Positions 29,834-39,094 of a stretch of DNA of 64,000 nt are shown here, piece after piece (the first letter of the stretch is position 1; every line of letters starts with the position of its first letter). This DNA is from an uncultured Gemmatimonadaceae bacterium (lineage in GTDB: Bacteria > Gemmatimonadota > Gemmatimonadetes > Gemmatimonadales > Gemmatimonadaceae). The notes beneath the pieces are model-generated. The model worked only from the letters and a program-made list of their open reading frames with translations, did no database searches and had not been told where the DNA came from. The translations under genes were made by a program, and so were the position numbers. The stretch is from assembly GCA_963790305.1 (NCBI GenBank), contig CAWBOC010000010.1, positions 1 through 64,000 of the forward strand. The letters are read 5' to 3'.

Positions 29834-30900
29834 GGAGGGGCTCGGCTGTTGCCGGCCCCTCGTTCCTTTCGTTGTTGGCGACGCTTGTGCTATCCGCACC
29901 GGCGGTGGCGCAGCAGGCGCAGCCTCCCCGCACCCGATCGCTCAATCCCGCCGTCCTTCGACCGGCGTTCGATCGCGCGGCCGAGCTGCCGAAGCTGCGC
30001 AGCCTGCTGATCGCGGTCGAGGGGAGCGTCGTCGGCGAACGGTATTTCCGGGGTGCGACGCGCGCACGCACCGCCAACGTGAAATCCGTTTCCAAGAGCA
30101 TCATCTCGGCGCTCGTCGGGATCGCGATTGCCGAGGGGAAGCTGAAGAGCGTCGATCAGCCCATCGGGGAATTCTTCCGGCGGGAGCTCGGCGACAGCGC
30201 GGCCGCGGAGAAGCGCGAGATCACCATTGCCGATCTTTTGTCGATGCGAGCCGGACTCGAGTCGACCAGCTTCGACGGATACGGGCGATGGGTCACCAGC
30301 GCAAACTGGGTGCGCTCGGCGCTCGCCCGCCCGGTCGTCGCACCACGTGGCGGTCCAATGATCTACAGCACGGGCAACACGCACCTGCTGTCGGCGATCC
30401 TGACGAAGGCGACGGGCTCGAGCACCTGGGCTTACGCCCGCCGGAAGCTGGGAGTGCCGTTAGGCATCGACATCCCCGGATGGCCGCGCGACCCCCAGGG
30501 CATCTATTTCGGCGGCAACGACATGCGGCTCACCCCGCGCGCGATGGTGGCCATTGGTGAGCTCTACCGCAATGGCGGACGAGTCGGGCGGCGGCAGATC
30601 GTTCCGGAATGGTGGGTGGACAGCTCCTTCGTCGTTCGCACGCACTCGCCATTCAACGGCCACGGCTACGGCTGGGGATGGTGGACGCGCAACGCGGTGG
30701 ACTATCGCGTGAACTTCGCCTGGGGCTATGGCGGGCAGTTCATCTTCATCATCCCCGCGTTGCGCGCGACGGTGGTGATGACGTCGGACGCGGAGGGACG
30801 GCGCGAGTGGGGCCATCTCGATGCGATCCACGAGCTGGTCGACACGCACGTGATCCCGGTACTCGAGAACTATCGCTGCGAGAAGATGGGGGCATGCTGA
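29797..30900 (+). CDS. Serine hydrolase, beta-lactamase-related (class C/NylB-like)
   Basis: KSVSKS (SxxK), LLSMRAG, YSTGN, AWGYGGQ; true start is probably one of the repeat-encoded GTGs (29797-29824). Confidence 0.88.
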   Translation: MLEVVEVLEVLKGRGSAVAGPSFLSLLATLVLSAPAVAQQAQPPRTRSLNPAVLRPAFDRAAELPKLRSLLIAVEGSVVGERYFRGATRARTANVKSVSKSIISALVGIAIAEGKLKSVDQPIGEFFRRELGDSAAAEKREITIADLLSMRAGLESTSFDGYGRWVTSANWVRSALARPVVAPRGGPMIYSTGNTHLLSAILTKATGSSTWAYARRKLGVPLGIDIPGWPRDPQGIYFGGNDMRLTPRAMVAIGELYRNGGRVGRRQIVPEWWVDSSFVVRTHSPFNGHGYGWGWWTRNAVDYRVNFAWGYGGQFIFIIPALRATVVMTSDAEGRREWGHLDAIHELVDTHVIPVLENYRCEKMGAC

Positions 30901-30904
30901 GAAA

Positions 30905-30968
30905 CGAATGCGGAATGCGGAAGGCGGAGGTTCATCACGATGAATCCGCATTCCGCCTTCCGCATTCG
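30905..30968. repeat. Family B palindrome
   Basis: CGAATGCGGAATGCGGAAGGCGGA...TCCGCATTCCGCCTTCCGCATTCG between convergent genes. Confidence 0.9.
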
Positions 30969-30974
30969 CAATAG

Positions 30975-31580
30975 TCACCGCCGAGCTCGTTGATTTGCGA
31001 CTATCGCCTTCCAGCGCTCGGCGCGCTCGCGAGGCGAGAGCGCGAGCGCTTCGTCCCATGCTCGCGGATACGGCCCACGGCGGCGCTTCTCGACCAGCAC
31101 CTGCGCGTCGGCGAACTCCTTTCCGTAGAGAGCGACCCACACATCGTAGAGCCAGAGGAAGAGCGGGCCGTGCTCCTCGTCCTGCTGGCGAAAGAGCGGT
31201 GACTGGAGTCGATGCCCAAGCTCGTGGATGAGCGTTGCCTTCTTCGTGTCGAGCGGGTAGCTGGCGCGAAGACGCATGGGGGTGTCGCGGAAGCCTGACG
31301 AGCTCACGCCTTCGAACACGATGGCGGTGACCGCCGTGTCGGTGAACGTGAGTCCCGACACGTCTTGCATGGTACGGACGATGCGCGCGGCGTCAGCGGT
31401 CCAGATGCGCTCGTACTCGCCGACGGCCGCCGCGAACGTCTCCGAGGCGGGCACGAACTCGAGACGGGGAACGCGGAGCGCGCCTGGAGAGTTGGGCGGT
31501 GGGTTCGAGCTACACGCGCCGGCGAGGAGCAACAACAATGCGGAATGCGGAATGCGGACTAAGGGCGTAAGCGCTTTCAT
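30975..31580 (-). CDS. Hypothetical lipoprotein with HExxH motif (possible zincin)
   Basis: LAGAC lipobox; LIHELGHRL; start uncertain (31580 or 31619). Confidence 0.7.
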   Translation of the reverse strand: MKALTPLVRIPHSALLLLLAGACSSNPPPNSPGALRVPRLEFVPASETFAAAVGEYERIWTADAARIVRTMQDVSGLTFTDTAVTAIVFEGVSSSGFRDTPMRLRASYPLDTKKATLIHELGHRLQSPLFRQQDEEHGPLFLWLYDVWVALYGKEFADAQVLVEKRRRGPYPRAWDEALALSPRERAERWKAIVANQRARR

Positions 31581-31610
31581 GCAGTTGATCCGCATTCCGC
31601 ATTCCGCAAT
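31537..31610. repeat. Family B palindrome overlapping a gene start
   Basis: (AATGCGG)3...(CCGCATT)3; one arm encodes RIPHSA in the signal peptide. Confidence 0.88.
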
Positions 31611-31623
31611 CATTCTCACCCCA

Positions 31624-32484
31624 TCATGTAACCGTAAACTGTCTCACCATGCCGTGCTCGTAATGCGGCTTGCCGTCCTTGGTGTCCGGCACGAAGCAGA
31701 TGGCGAGGTACTCACCAGCCGTGAGGTCGACCTCGAAGTAGTTCGTCGTCCCGGGCTTCATGCCCGCGATGCCGCCGATCGCCCGTCCAGGCGGAGGACC
31801 GGACATCTTGGCGATCCATTGCTGCATGTCGGCGGCGGTCTTGCCGGGCGCGAGCTGAATCAACTGAATTTCGTGATTCTGCGCTGCGGGATTCGTCACC
31901 TTGATCGTGTGACGACCGGCGGTCAGCGGCTTGTCGAAGTTGAAGACGTAGTCCTCGAGCACGAGGTTGACGTCGGGCGTGGGGGCCATGGCGTTGCTCG
32001 ACGCTCCGGTGACGGTGAACCCGTGCACCATTCCTTTCGCGAAGTGCGGCACCTTGTCCGGCGTGTCGACGAAGCAGATGAGCGCATAGTTCCCGGGCGC
32101 CAGATCGACCGTCGCATTGGCCTCCGCACCTGGATCGGGGACGTTCGGGCCGCCGATGAAGGTCACCCATGTCGGCGGCGGGCCCGGTGTCTTGAACGCC
32201 GCCTGGAGGTCGGCGGCGGTCTTGCCGTCATCCAGCCTGGCGATCGTTGCATGATGGATCTGCTGTCCGGCTCCCTTGAGCACGAACTTCGTGAGTCCAG
32301 CCGGAATCTGCGCCGGTGCGTCGAACTTGTAATCGTTGGCGACGACCGTGACGACGTTGGGCATCGCATGCCCCGCGTGCTCGGCCGCGGAATCGGCGGT
32401 GGCGGCCTGGTCGGTCTCGCTCATGACGCAGGCGCCAAGGACCGCGGCCGCGGCGGCGGCAGCGAGAAGTGAACGGATGTGCAT
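31624..32484 (-). CDS. Lipoprotein with two tandem cupredoxin-like domains
   Basis: LGAC lipobox; internal duplication with H...CFVDTPDKVPHFAKGM and H...CFVPDTKDGKPHYEHGM (type-1 Cu ligand pattern). Confidence 0.75.
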   Translation of the reverse strand: MHIRSLLAAAAAAAVLGACVMSETDQAATADSAAEHAGHAMPNVVTVVANDYKFDAPAQIPAGLTKFVLKGAGQQIHHATIARLDDGKTAADLQAAFKTPGPPPTWVTFIGGPNVPDPGAEANATVDLAPGNYALICFVDTPDKVPHFAKGMVHGFTVTGASSNAMAPTPDVNLVLEDYVFNFDKPLTAGRHTIKVTNPAAQNHEIQLIQLAPGKTAADMQQWIAKMSGPPPGRAIGGIAGMKPGTTNYFEVDLTAGEYLAICFVPDTKDGKPHYEHGMVRQFTVT

Positions 32485-32556
32485 GGTCTGGTCTTGGGGT
32501 TGGTTGGGTTGGAGGGTTCTGGTCGAACATCAATACGGGTGCGGGTTTCACTCGGC

Positions 32557-32666
32557 AAGGTTGTCTAGGTCGTCGAGGTCGTCGAGGTCGTCGAGGTGAT
32601 CAAGGGAAGGTGGTCAAGGTGTTACCTGGACCACATCGACATCCTCGATGACCTCGACGACCTCGA
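32557..32666. repeat. Family A palindrome
   Basis: (GAGGTCGTC)n...(GACGACCTC)n in a divergent intergenic region. Confidence 0.88.
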
Positions 32667-32719
32667 AGTTCGGCACACCCATTGCCCCCGCACGGTAGCG
32701 TACCCTTTCGGAGTCTTAA

Positions 32720-32971
32720 ATGGACATCCTCACCTGGATCATCGTCGGGCTGGTCGCCGGAGTGCTCGCGTCGCTTGTCGTGGGCGGCGGCTTCGGAATC
32801 ATCGCTGACATCGTCATCGGGATCGTCGGTGCGTTCGTCGGCGCCTGGCTGTTCCGCACACTGGGCGTGAACAGCCCCTTCGGCGGAATGGCGGGGACGA
32901 TTTTCATCGCCTTCGTGGGCGCGTGTGTGCTGTTGCTGATTCTGAGAGCGTTTCGCCGGCGCAGCGTCTAG
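32720..32971 (+). CDS. GlsB/YeaQ/YmgE family (transglycosylase-associated) membrane protein
   Basis: WIIVGLVAG.LA...DIVIGIVGAFVG...AFVGA.VLL. Confidence 0.93.
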   Translation: MDILTWIIVGLVAGVLASLVVGGGFGIIADIVIGIVGAFVGAWLFRTLGVNSPFGGMAGTIFIAFVGACVLLLILRAFRRRSV

Positions 32972-32976
32972 CGCCA

Positions 32977-33063
32977 AAGGGTGTCGAGGGTGTGGAGGTG
33001 ATCGAGGAGAAGCAACGAATTTCCCTCGATCACCTCGACACCCTCGACATCCTGGACGACCTC
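32977..33063. repeat. Family A palindrome
   Basis: 9-nt arms; between convergent stops 32971 and 33068. Confidence 0.88.
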
Positions 33064-33067
33064 TGCC

Positions 33068-34111
33068 TCACTGATACGGCCTCAAATTCCACTCCAGGAA
33101 CGCCCACGTGCGGTTCCAGGAGTCGCGCTGCTCCGGGGTGTCCTCCCGCTCGAGCGTCTCCCGATTCACGCGGCGCGAAAAGCTGTGACCGCTCGGCGGA
33201 TCGACATACACCTTCGTCTCCGCCAGGTCGGGCTTCTTCGCCCGCAGCGCGCTGATGATCTGCTCGCCTTCGACGAAGTTCACGTCGTCGTCATTTGTCG
33301 CCACGTGCACCAGCAGCGGCACTTGCAGCTTGTCGACGTGGTAGAGCGGTGAGCGCTCGACGTAAATCTCCCGTTTCTCGAAGGGCAGCCCGCCAATGCG
33401 GCGTTGCGTGGCAAAGTTGCGCTGATAGTTGGGACCCTTGTACGAGAGCCGGAAGATGAGATTGGTGACCGGCACGATCGCCACGCCGGCCTTGAAGGGA
33501 TGCGACTCCCGGAAGAGCAGGAGATTCGTGATGTAGCCGCCGTGGCTCCAGCCCATGATGCCGATGCGAGCCGGATCGACGTGTGGGAGCCGCTTCAGGT
33601 AATCGACCGCCGTCAGCACATCGTCGAGCTCGTACCCGCCGTAGTCGATCGCATTGTGAAACTCGCGGCCGTATCCCGTGCTCCCACGGTAGTCGGGGGC
33701 GATCACGACGTACCCGCGCTCAACCGCCTCGCGCACGAAGGGCCAGGCCGTCTCCGTCCAGCTTCCGTGCACACCGCCGTGTACCCACACCATCGCCGCG
33801 TGTCGCCGAGGGCCGCGCTTGTTGAGTGGCTGAAAGACGTACGCCGGGATGTCCATGTCGCCGACGCTGCTACGGTATGTCACCTTCTGATAGTCGACGA
33901 CCCCGCGAGTACGCGCGCGATAAATGCTGTCTGTGCGCGCCTTGGCCGCCATGTCACGAGCGAAATCGCGCGGAGGGTGGTCCTCCCAATTGTCGCTGAC
34001 GTAGAGAGAATCGGCACGAGTCACTGGGCGGGCTCGCTGCCCGTCCTGCGCCGGTGCGATGTTGACGCAGGAGATCAGGACGGCAGTGCCGAGCAGGAAT
34101 GCAAGCCTCAT
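33068..34111 (-). CDS. S9 (prolyl oligopeptidase-like) serine peptidase, secreted
   Basis: VHGG, DYRGSTGYG, GWSHGG nucleophile, catalytic D and H (NDDDV, GHSF); start moved to ATG 34111 outside the repeat. Confidence 0.9.
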   Translation of the reverse strand: MRLAFLLGTAVLISCVNIAPAQDGQRARPVTRADSLYVSDNWEDHPPRDFARDMAAKARTDSIYRARTRGVVDYQKVTYRSSVGDMDIPAYVFQPLNKRGPRRHAAMVWVHGGVHGSWTETAWPFVREAVERGYVVIAPDYRGSTGYGREFHNAIDYGGYELDDVLTAVDYLKRLPHVDPARIGIMGWSHGGYITNLLLFRESHPFKAGVAIVPVTNLIFRLSYKGPNYQRNFATQRRIGGLPFEKREIYVERSPLYHVDKLQVPLLVHVATNDDDVNFVEGEQIISALRAKKPDLAETKVYVDPPSGHSFSRRVNRETLEREDTPEQRDSWNRTWAFLEWNLRPYQ

Positions 34112-34121
34112 TCGTGAGCTC

Positions 34122-34161
34122 CAGGTCATCGAGGTCGTCGAGGTTGTCCAGGTGGTCAAGG
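34122..34161. repeat. Family A half element
   Basis: CAGGTCATCGAGGTCGTCGAGGTTGTCCAGGTGGTCAAGG. Confidence 0.8.
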
Positions 34162-34230
34162 CCACTTCCTCAATTCTGGGTCCTGCGTCATGATGTGTCA
34201 TCCGTCCCACACAAAGGCAACCCGGTTTCC

Positions 34231-35823
34231 ATGCGTCCTCTTGCGTTGCTCATCGGCGTCCTCGCGGCGTGTGCACCTCCCGCGACCGTTCGCACGACCA
34301 CTCCTGCCTACGACCTGCTGATCGCCGGCGGCACGGTCATCGATGGCACCGGTGCCGCCCGCTATCGAGCCGACGTGGCGATCAGCGGCGGTCGCGTCGC
34401 TCTCGTCTCCCGCACCACACTCGCGCCCTCCACCGCACGGCGGACAATCGATGCGACGGGCCTCATCGTCGCTCCCGGGTTCATCGACTTGCATGCGCAC
34501 CTCGAGCCGCTCCTGCAAATGCCGGATGCGGAGAGCCACCTTCGCCAAGGCGTGACCACCGCGCTCGGCGGCCCCGACGGAGGCGGCCCATGGCCGCTGG
34601 CCGCCTACCTCGACTCGGCCCAGTCGTTAGGTATGGGTATGAACGTCGCCTTCCTGATCGGCCACAACACCGTCCGGCGCAACGTCATGCACCTTGCCGA
34701 TCGCGACCCGACGGCGGCCGAGCTCGAGCAGATGCGTGCGATGGTCGCGCAGGGGATGCACGAAGGGGCGTTCGGACTTTCAACCGGGTTGCGCTACCTC
34801 CCCGGCACGTTCTCCAAGACGGACGAAGTCGTCGCGCTGTCCAAGGCGGCCGCCGACTCGGGCGGCATCTACACGTCGCACCTGCGCGCCGAAGGCCTCG
34901 GCGTCATCGAGGGTGTGGCCGAGGCGATCGAGATCGGCCGTCGGGCGGGCATTACGGTGGTACTGACGCATCACAAGGTGATCGGGAAGGAGATGTGGGG
35001 CCAAAGCGTGCGCACCTTGGCGATGGTCGACAGCGCGCGCAATGCCGGCGTCGATGTGCGCATCGATCAGTATCCGTACACGGCGACATCGACGGGGATT
35101 GGCGTTCTCGTGCCGACGTGGGCGCTCGCCGGCGGCGATACCGCCTTCGAGCGGCGCCTGAAGGACTCGGCGCTTCGCGACAGCATATCACGCGGAATCG
35201 TGGAGCTCCTGCTCACCGATCGCGGAGGCGGCGATCTCGCTCGTGTGCAGTTCGCCGGCGTTTCGTGGCAGCGCTCGCTCGAAGGACGCACGCTCAAGGA
35301 CTGGGCTGTCGAGCGAGGTCTATCGCCGACGCCACAGGCCGGCGCAGAGCTCGTGATCGAGGCGGTGCAGCGCGGCGGTGCCTCCGCGATCTATCACGTG
35401 CTCGATGAGCCCGACGTCGAGCGCATCATGCGGCACCCGCAGACGATGATCGCCTCCGATGGCCGGCTCTCACGGCTTGGCAGCGGTCATCCGCATCCGC
35501 GTAACTACGGCACGTTCCCGCGTGTGCTCGGGCGGTACGTTCGCGAGCGCAAGATCCTCACGCTCGAGAGCGCCATCCAGAAGATGACGGGAATGCCTGC
35601 GGCGGCGCTTCGACTCAACGACATTGGCCTAGTGCGCGTCGGCGCACGCGCCGACCTGGCGATCTTCAACGCGGACTCGGTCGCCGATCTCGCCACCTTC
35701 CAGGAGCCGCATCAGTATCCGGCAGGCATTCCGTACGTGATCGTGAACGGCACGGTCGCCGTTGACGGTGGCCGGTTCACCGGCGCTCGTGCGGGTCGCG
35801 TACTGAGGCGGGGACGTCCATGA
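34231..35823 (+). CDS. N-acyl-D-amino-acid deacylase family amidohydrolase (lipoprotein)
   Basis: DGTG, PGFIDLHAH, STGL.Y.PG, SHLR.E, DQYPY, ASDG, HPRNYGTFPR. Confidence 0.92.
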   Translation: MRPLALLIGVLAACAPPATVRTTTPAYDLLIAGGTVIDGTGAARYRADVAISGGRVALVSRTTLAPSTARRTIDATGLIVAPGFIDLHAHLEPLLQMPDAESHLRQGVTTALGGPDGGGPWPLAAYLDSAQSLGMGMNVAFLIGHNTVRRNVMHLADRDPTAAELEQMRAMVAQGMHEGAFGLSTGLRYLPGTFSKTDEVVALSKAAADSGGIYTSHLRAEGLGVIEGVAEAIEIGRRAGITVVLTHHKVIGKEMWGQSVRTLAMVDSARNAGVDVRIDQYPYTATSTGIGVLVPTWALAGGDTAFERRLKDSALRDSISRGIVELLLTDRGGGDLARVQFAGVSWQRSLEGRTLKDWAVERGLSPTPQAGAELVIEAVQRGGASAIYHVLDEPDVERIMRHPQTMIASDGRLSRLGSGHPHPRNYGTFPRVLGRYVRERKILTLESAIQKMTGMPAAALRLNDIGLVRVGARADLAIFNADSVADLATFQEPHQYPAGIPYVIVNGTVAVDGGRFTGARAGRVLRRGRP

Positions 35824-37085
35824 TGTTCTATTTGCTGCTGATCGCGCTTGCATCGGCACTGGCGGCGTGCGTCGGCGCGCAGACGCCGACGGCTCCATCC
35901 CCGGCGACGATCGCCACACGGCCCGCCGTGCGCGCCGCCCTCGACAAGCTCCGGGCCGACAATGCCTGGACGCTCGAGCAGCAGGTCTCGATCTGTGAGA
36001 TCCCCGCACCGCCGTTCGCGGAGGCGAAGCGCGCCGAGGAGTTTCGCCGCCGCCTCCTCGCGCTCGGCCTGACTGATGCGCGCATAGACGCGGAGGGGAA
36101 CGTCATTGCGAGGCGACGTGGCGCGGCACGCCATCCGGCGGTGGTTCTCTCGGGTCACCTCGACACCGTGTTTCCCGAGAGCACGAACGTCAGTGTCACG
36201 CGTCAGGGAATGCTCTTCAAAGGGCCGGGCATTGGCGACGATTGTCGCGGTCTGGCTGTTCTGTTGACGGTGGCCCGCGCTCTTGGCAGCGCGGGGGTAC
36301 AGACGCAAGGCGACATTCTCTTCGTCGGCACGGTCGGCGAGGAAGGGCCGGGCAACCTGCGCGGCGTCCGTCATCTTTTCACCAAGGAAATGAAGGATTC
36401 GATCGACTACTTCATTTCCGTCGACGGGACCGGGCTGGGCCTAACGAATCGTGCCGTGGGAAGTCATCGCTATCGCGTGACCTACGAGGGGCCGGGCGGC
36501 CACAGCTACGGCGAGTTCGGGATGCCGAACCCGGCGCACGCGCTTGGCCGCGCGATCGCGGGAATCGCCGAGCTCCGCGTTCCCCAGGATCCGAAGACGA
36601 CGTTCAACGTCGGCGTGATCGACGGTGGAACGTCGGTGAACTCGATTCCAGCGGCGGCGGCAATGGATGTCGACCTGCGGTCCGTGTCTCCCGCCGCGCT
36701 CGACTCGCTCGATGCCGGTTTCCGCCTCGCGCTGCGTCACGCCCTGGACGCCGAGCATGCGCGGTGGCCCGAGTCGCGTGTCCGGCTGCGGATGCGGATC
36801 GATACGACCGGCATTCGTCCAGCCGGATCACAGGCCGACACCGCCCGTATCGTGCGGGCCGGGCGGGAAGCCGCGCGCGCGCTGGGCTTTACGAGCGAGC
36901 TCGCCGCCGGCAGCACCGATGCCAACCTCCCGATGAGCCTTGGCGTTCCCGCGATCACGATCGACGGGGGCGGTACGGGGCGCGGCGCGCATTCACTCGC
37001 GGAGGAGTACGACGACGGCGAGCGAGGATGGCTGGGGCCGCAGTGGGCGGCGCTTTTAGTGCTGAGTCTGGTGGGAGTACGATGA
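35820..37085 (+). CDS. M20/M25/M40 family metallohydrolase
   Basis: GHLDTVFP, PGIGDD, VGEEG.G.LRG, GPGGHS, GSTDAN, HSLAE. Confidence 0.9.
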   Translation: MMFYLLLIALASALAACVGAQTPTAPSPATIATRPAVRAALDKLRADNAWTLEQQVSICEIPAPPFAEAKRAEEFRRRLLALGLTDARIDAEGNVIARRRGAARHPAVVLSGHLDTVFPESTNVSVTRQGMLFKGPGIGDDCRGLAVLLTVARALGSAGVQTQGDILFVGTVGEEGPGNLRGVRHLFTKEMKDSIDYFISVDGTGLGLTNRAVGSHRYRVTYEGPGGHSYGEFGMPNPAHALGRAIAGIAELRVPQDPKTTFNVGVIDGGTSVNSIPAAAAMDVDLRSVSPAALDSLDAGFRLALRHALDAEHARWPESRVRLRMRIDTTGIRPAGSQADTARIVRAGREAARALGFTSELAAGSTDANLPMSLGVPAITIDGGGTGRGAHSLAEEYDDGERGWLGPQWAALLVLSLVGVR

Positions 37086-37134
37086 GAACGCGGAATGCGG
37101 ATTACTGATTCCGCATTCCGCATTCCGTATTCTC
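37084..37134. repeat. Family B palindrome
   Basis: GAGAACGCGGAATGCGGA...TCCGCATTCCGCATTCCGTATTCTC between convergent genes. Confidence 0.88.
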
Positions 37135-37137
37135 TTC

Positions 37138-38018
37138 TCACCCCGCCTTCCGAATCTCCGCCCCGCCGCTGCCGGACACGATCGTGATCCGGCGTCCACC
37201 GCCACCGATCGTAGCGCGGAGACGGCGCGGGTCGAGACGACCCTCCACGCGAAGCGGGAAATCGCTTTCGAGGCGACCGTTGGGGAGGCGAGCGTCGATC
37301 TCGCCCTCGAAGTTCGCGGGAAGTGAAACGACGACGTCGCCATTGCCGGTTCGGAACGCCATGTCCGCCACGCCCGTCAGCGACGCCATGCGCGCATCAA
37401 TACTGCCGTTGCCCGTGGAGGCGGAGACTGGACCGCTGCGCGTCGTCACGCGGATGTCGCCGTTGCCGCTGCGTGCCGTGACCTCGCCGCCGGCCTCGCT
37501 GACCTCGATATCGCCATTGCCTGACGAGGCCGAGACCGGGCCCCCGCTCGAATGCCACACTCACCGCGCCGTTTCCGGATGCGGCGTGCACCTGCGCCGT
37601 CGCGCCGCTGATCAACACCTCACCGTTGCCGGACAGCGCCCGAATCTTCACGCCCCTCGGCAAACGCACCTCGAAGTCGACGCTTCCCTCGCCATCGTGG
37701 CTCCACTTCCGGGAGGAGCGAACGCCCTCGGCGTCGCACTGCGAGCCCTCGAAGTAAGCACAGAATGGTGACGTCGTCGCCGTTTCGCAGTGTCGTGATG
37801 CGAAGGTCGGCCGCATCGTCGCCGCTCTTGCGGCCAATGACCTCGACCTGGTCGCCCGAGGCCGCGGTGACCCGAATGTCGCCGTGAGTAGAATGCACGC
37901 GAAGCCACGCACCGGACGGTACGCGCTCGCTGAATCTGAAATCACGATCCCGTTCCTGCGCTCCCGCGATGGCGGGCATGGCGAGTGCAGTTACGAGGAG
38001 GATGACGCTCTGACGCAT
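37138..38018 (-). CDS. DUF4097 (adhesin-like beta-strand repeat) secreted protein; two apparent frameshifts (~37762, ~37555)
   Basis: Signal peptide MRQSVILLVTALAMPAIAGAQ; SGNG.I/V repeats continue across three ORFs. Confidence 0.8.
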
Positions 38019-38178
38019 GGACAACTCCGTGAACGGTCGCAGATGTGACAGCGAGAACAGGGCCGGGGTTTGAACCACCTGGCGCATCGGCATCTACGTC
38101 AGAGGCATGATGGAGTTAGCACCCGTTCCACGGCAACTACGCAGGTTCCCTCGACAACCGAACCAGAGGATTCCTCCC

Positions 38179-38361
38179 ATGGCACAGGACAAGAAGCTCA
38201 CCTGCGAGGCGTGCGGCACCGAGTTCAGCTCGCCCGAGCAGCTCGACCAGCACAACCGCCGCGAGCACTCGCACGAGGCCCAGCCCAAGTCGCCGCTTTC
38301 GACGGAGACATCGTCCCCCCGTCGCGAGGACCGCACGGCGGGACCGGAATCGGTCGAGTAA
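38179..38361 (+). CDS. 60-aa protein with a single C2H2 zinc finger
   Basis: AGAGGA RBS; CEAC-x3-F-x5-L-x2-H-x4-H. Confidence 0.75.
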   Translation: MAQDKKLTCEACGTEFSSPEQLDQHNRREHSHEAQPKSPLSTETSSPRREDRTAGPESVE

Positions 38362-38376
38362 GGCCGGCTCGGCCCT

Positions 38377-38946
38377 CTAGCGGTCGCCTGAGCCGGCTTC
38401 GAACTCAGGCGCGTCGACGCGGCGGACGTCGCCGAGCTCCACGCGTCCGCCCGTCGCCATCGCCTTCATCACCTTGAACAAGGCGATGACGCGAGGGGTG
38501 TCGGATTTCATGTACGTCGCCTCCCTCGCCTCGATCTCGATCAGCAGGATGCGCGGATCGTCGGGGCCTCCGTCCCGCTCGCCACCTTCATCACCCAGGT
38601 ACGCCTTCCAATCCTTCTGGTAGACCTCGTGAATCAGCGCGCGGTCGCTGGAAAGAGTCGCGATACCGCTCACCGAGACCCATTCGCGGGACTTGTTGTT
38701 GTAGTATGCGATGTTGACCTGCGGGTGGCGCCTCAAGACGTCGGCCTTGTGTGTCTCGGTGCTGGTCATGAACCACAGGTCCACGCCATCGCGACGCTTC
38801 TGTGTGGCCATGGGACGGGAAGTCAACATTCCATCGGCCTCGATGGTCGTCAACATGGCGATCTCGATCCCCTCGATGAGCTCATAGAGCTCGTCGAGCT
38901 TCTTGTCGGACGAAACGGAATCGGCAAGAGGCTTTTGCTGCGGCAT
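38377..38946 (-). CDS. Pyridoxamine 5'-phosphate oxidase-like general stress protein (GSP26-like)
   Basis: AMLTT, SRPMATQ, LWF, WVSVSG.A, DP...L. Confidence 0.88.
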   Translation of the reverse strand: MPQQKPLADSVSSDKKLDELYELIEGIEIAMLTTIEADGMLTSRPMATQKRRDGVDLWFMTSTETHKADVLRRHPQVNIAYYNNKSREWVSVSGIATLSSDRALIHEVYQKDWKAYLGDEGGERDGGPDDPRILLIEIEAREATYMKSDTPRVIALFKVMKAMATGGRVELGDVRRVDAPEFEAGSGDR

Positions 38947-39000
38947 GGGTATCTCAATTTGAATTAGGTAGTTCTGGAAAAGGCGATTCCTGTGCCACCT

Positions 39001-39085
39001 CAGGTTGTCGAGGTCGGCGAGGATGTCGAGGTGATCCACGTGAAGTCACCTCGACCACCTCGACATCCTCGACGACCTGGACAAC
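39001..39085. repeat. Family A palindrome
   Basis: Core GTGAAGTCAC at 39040-39049. Confidence 0.9.
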
Positions 39086-39094
39086 TCTTTTGAA

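Noticed and set aside
29797..30900. Antibiotic-resistance beta-lactamase
   Set aside because: Motifs fit the broad serine hydrolase/NylB-like group; no mobile context.
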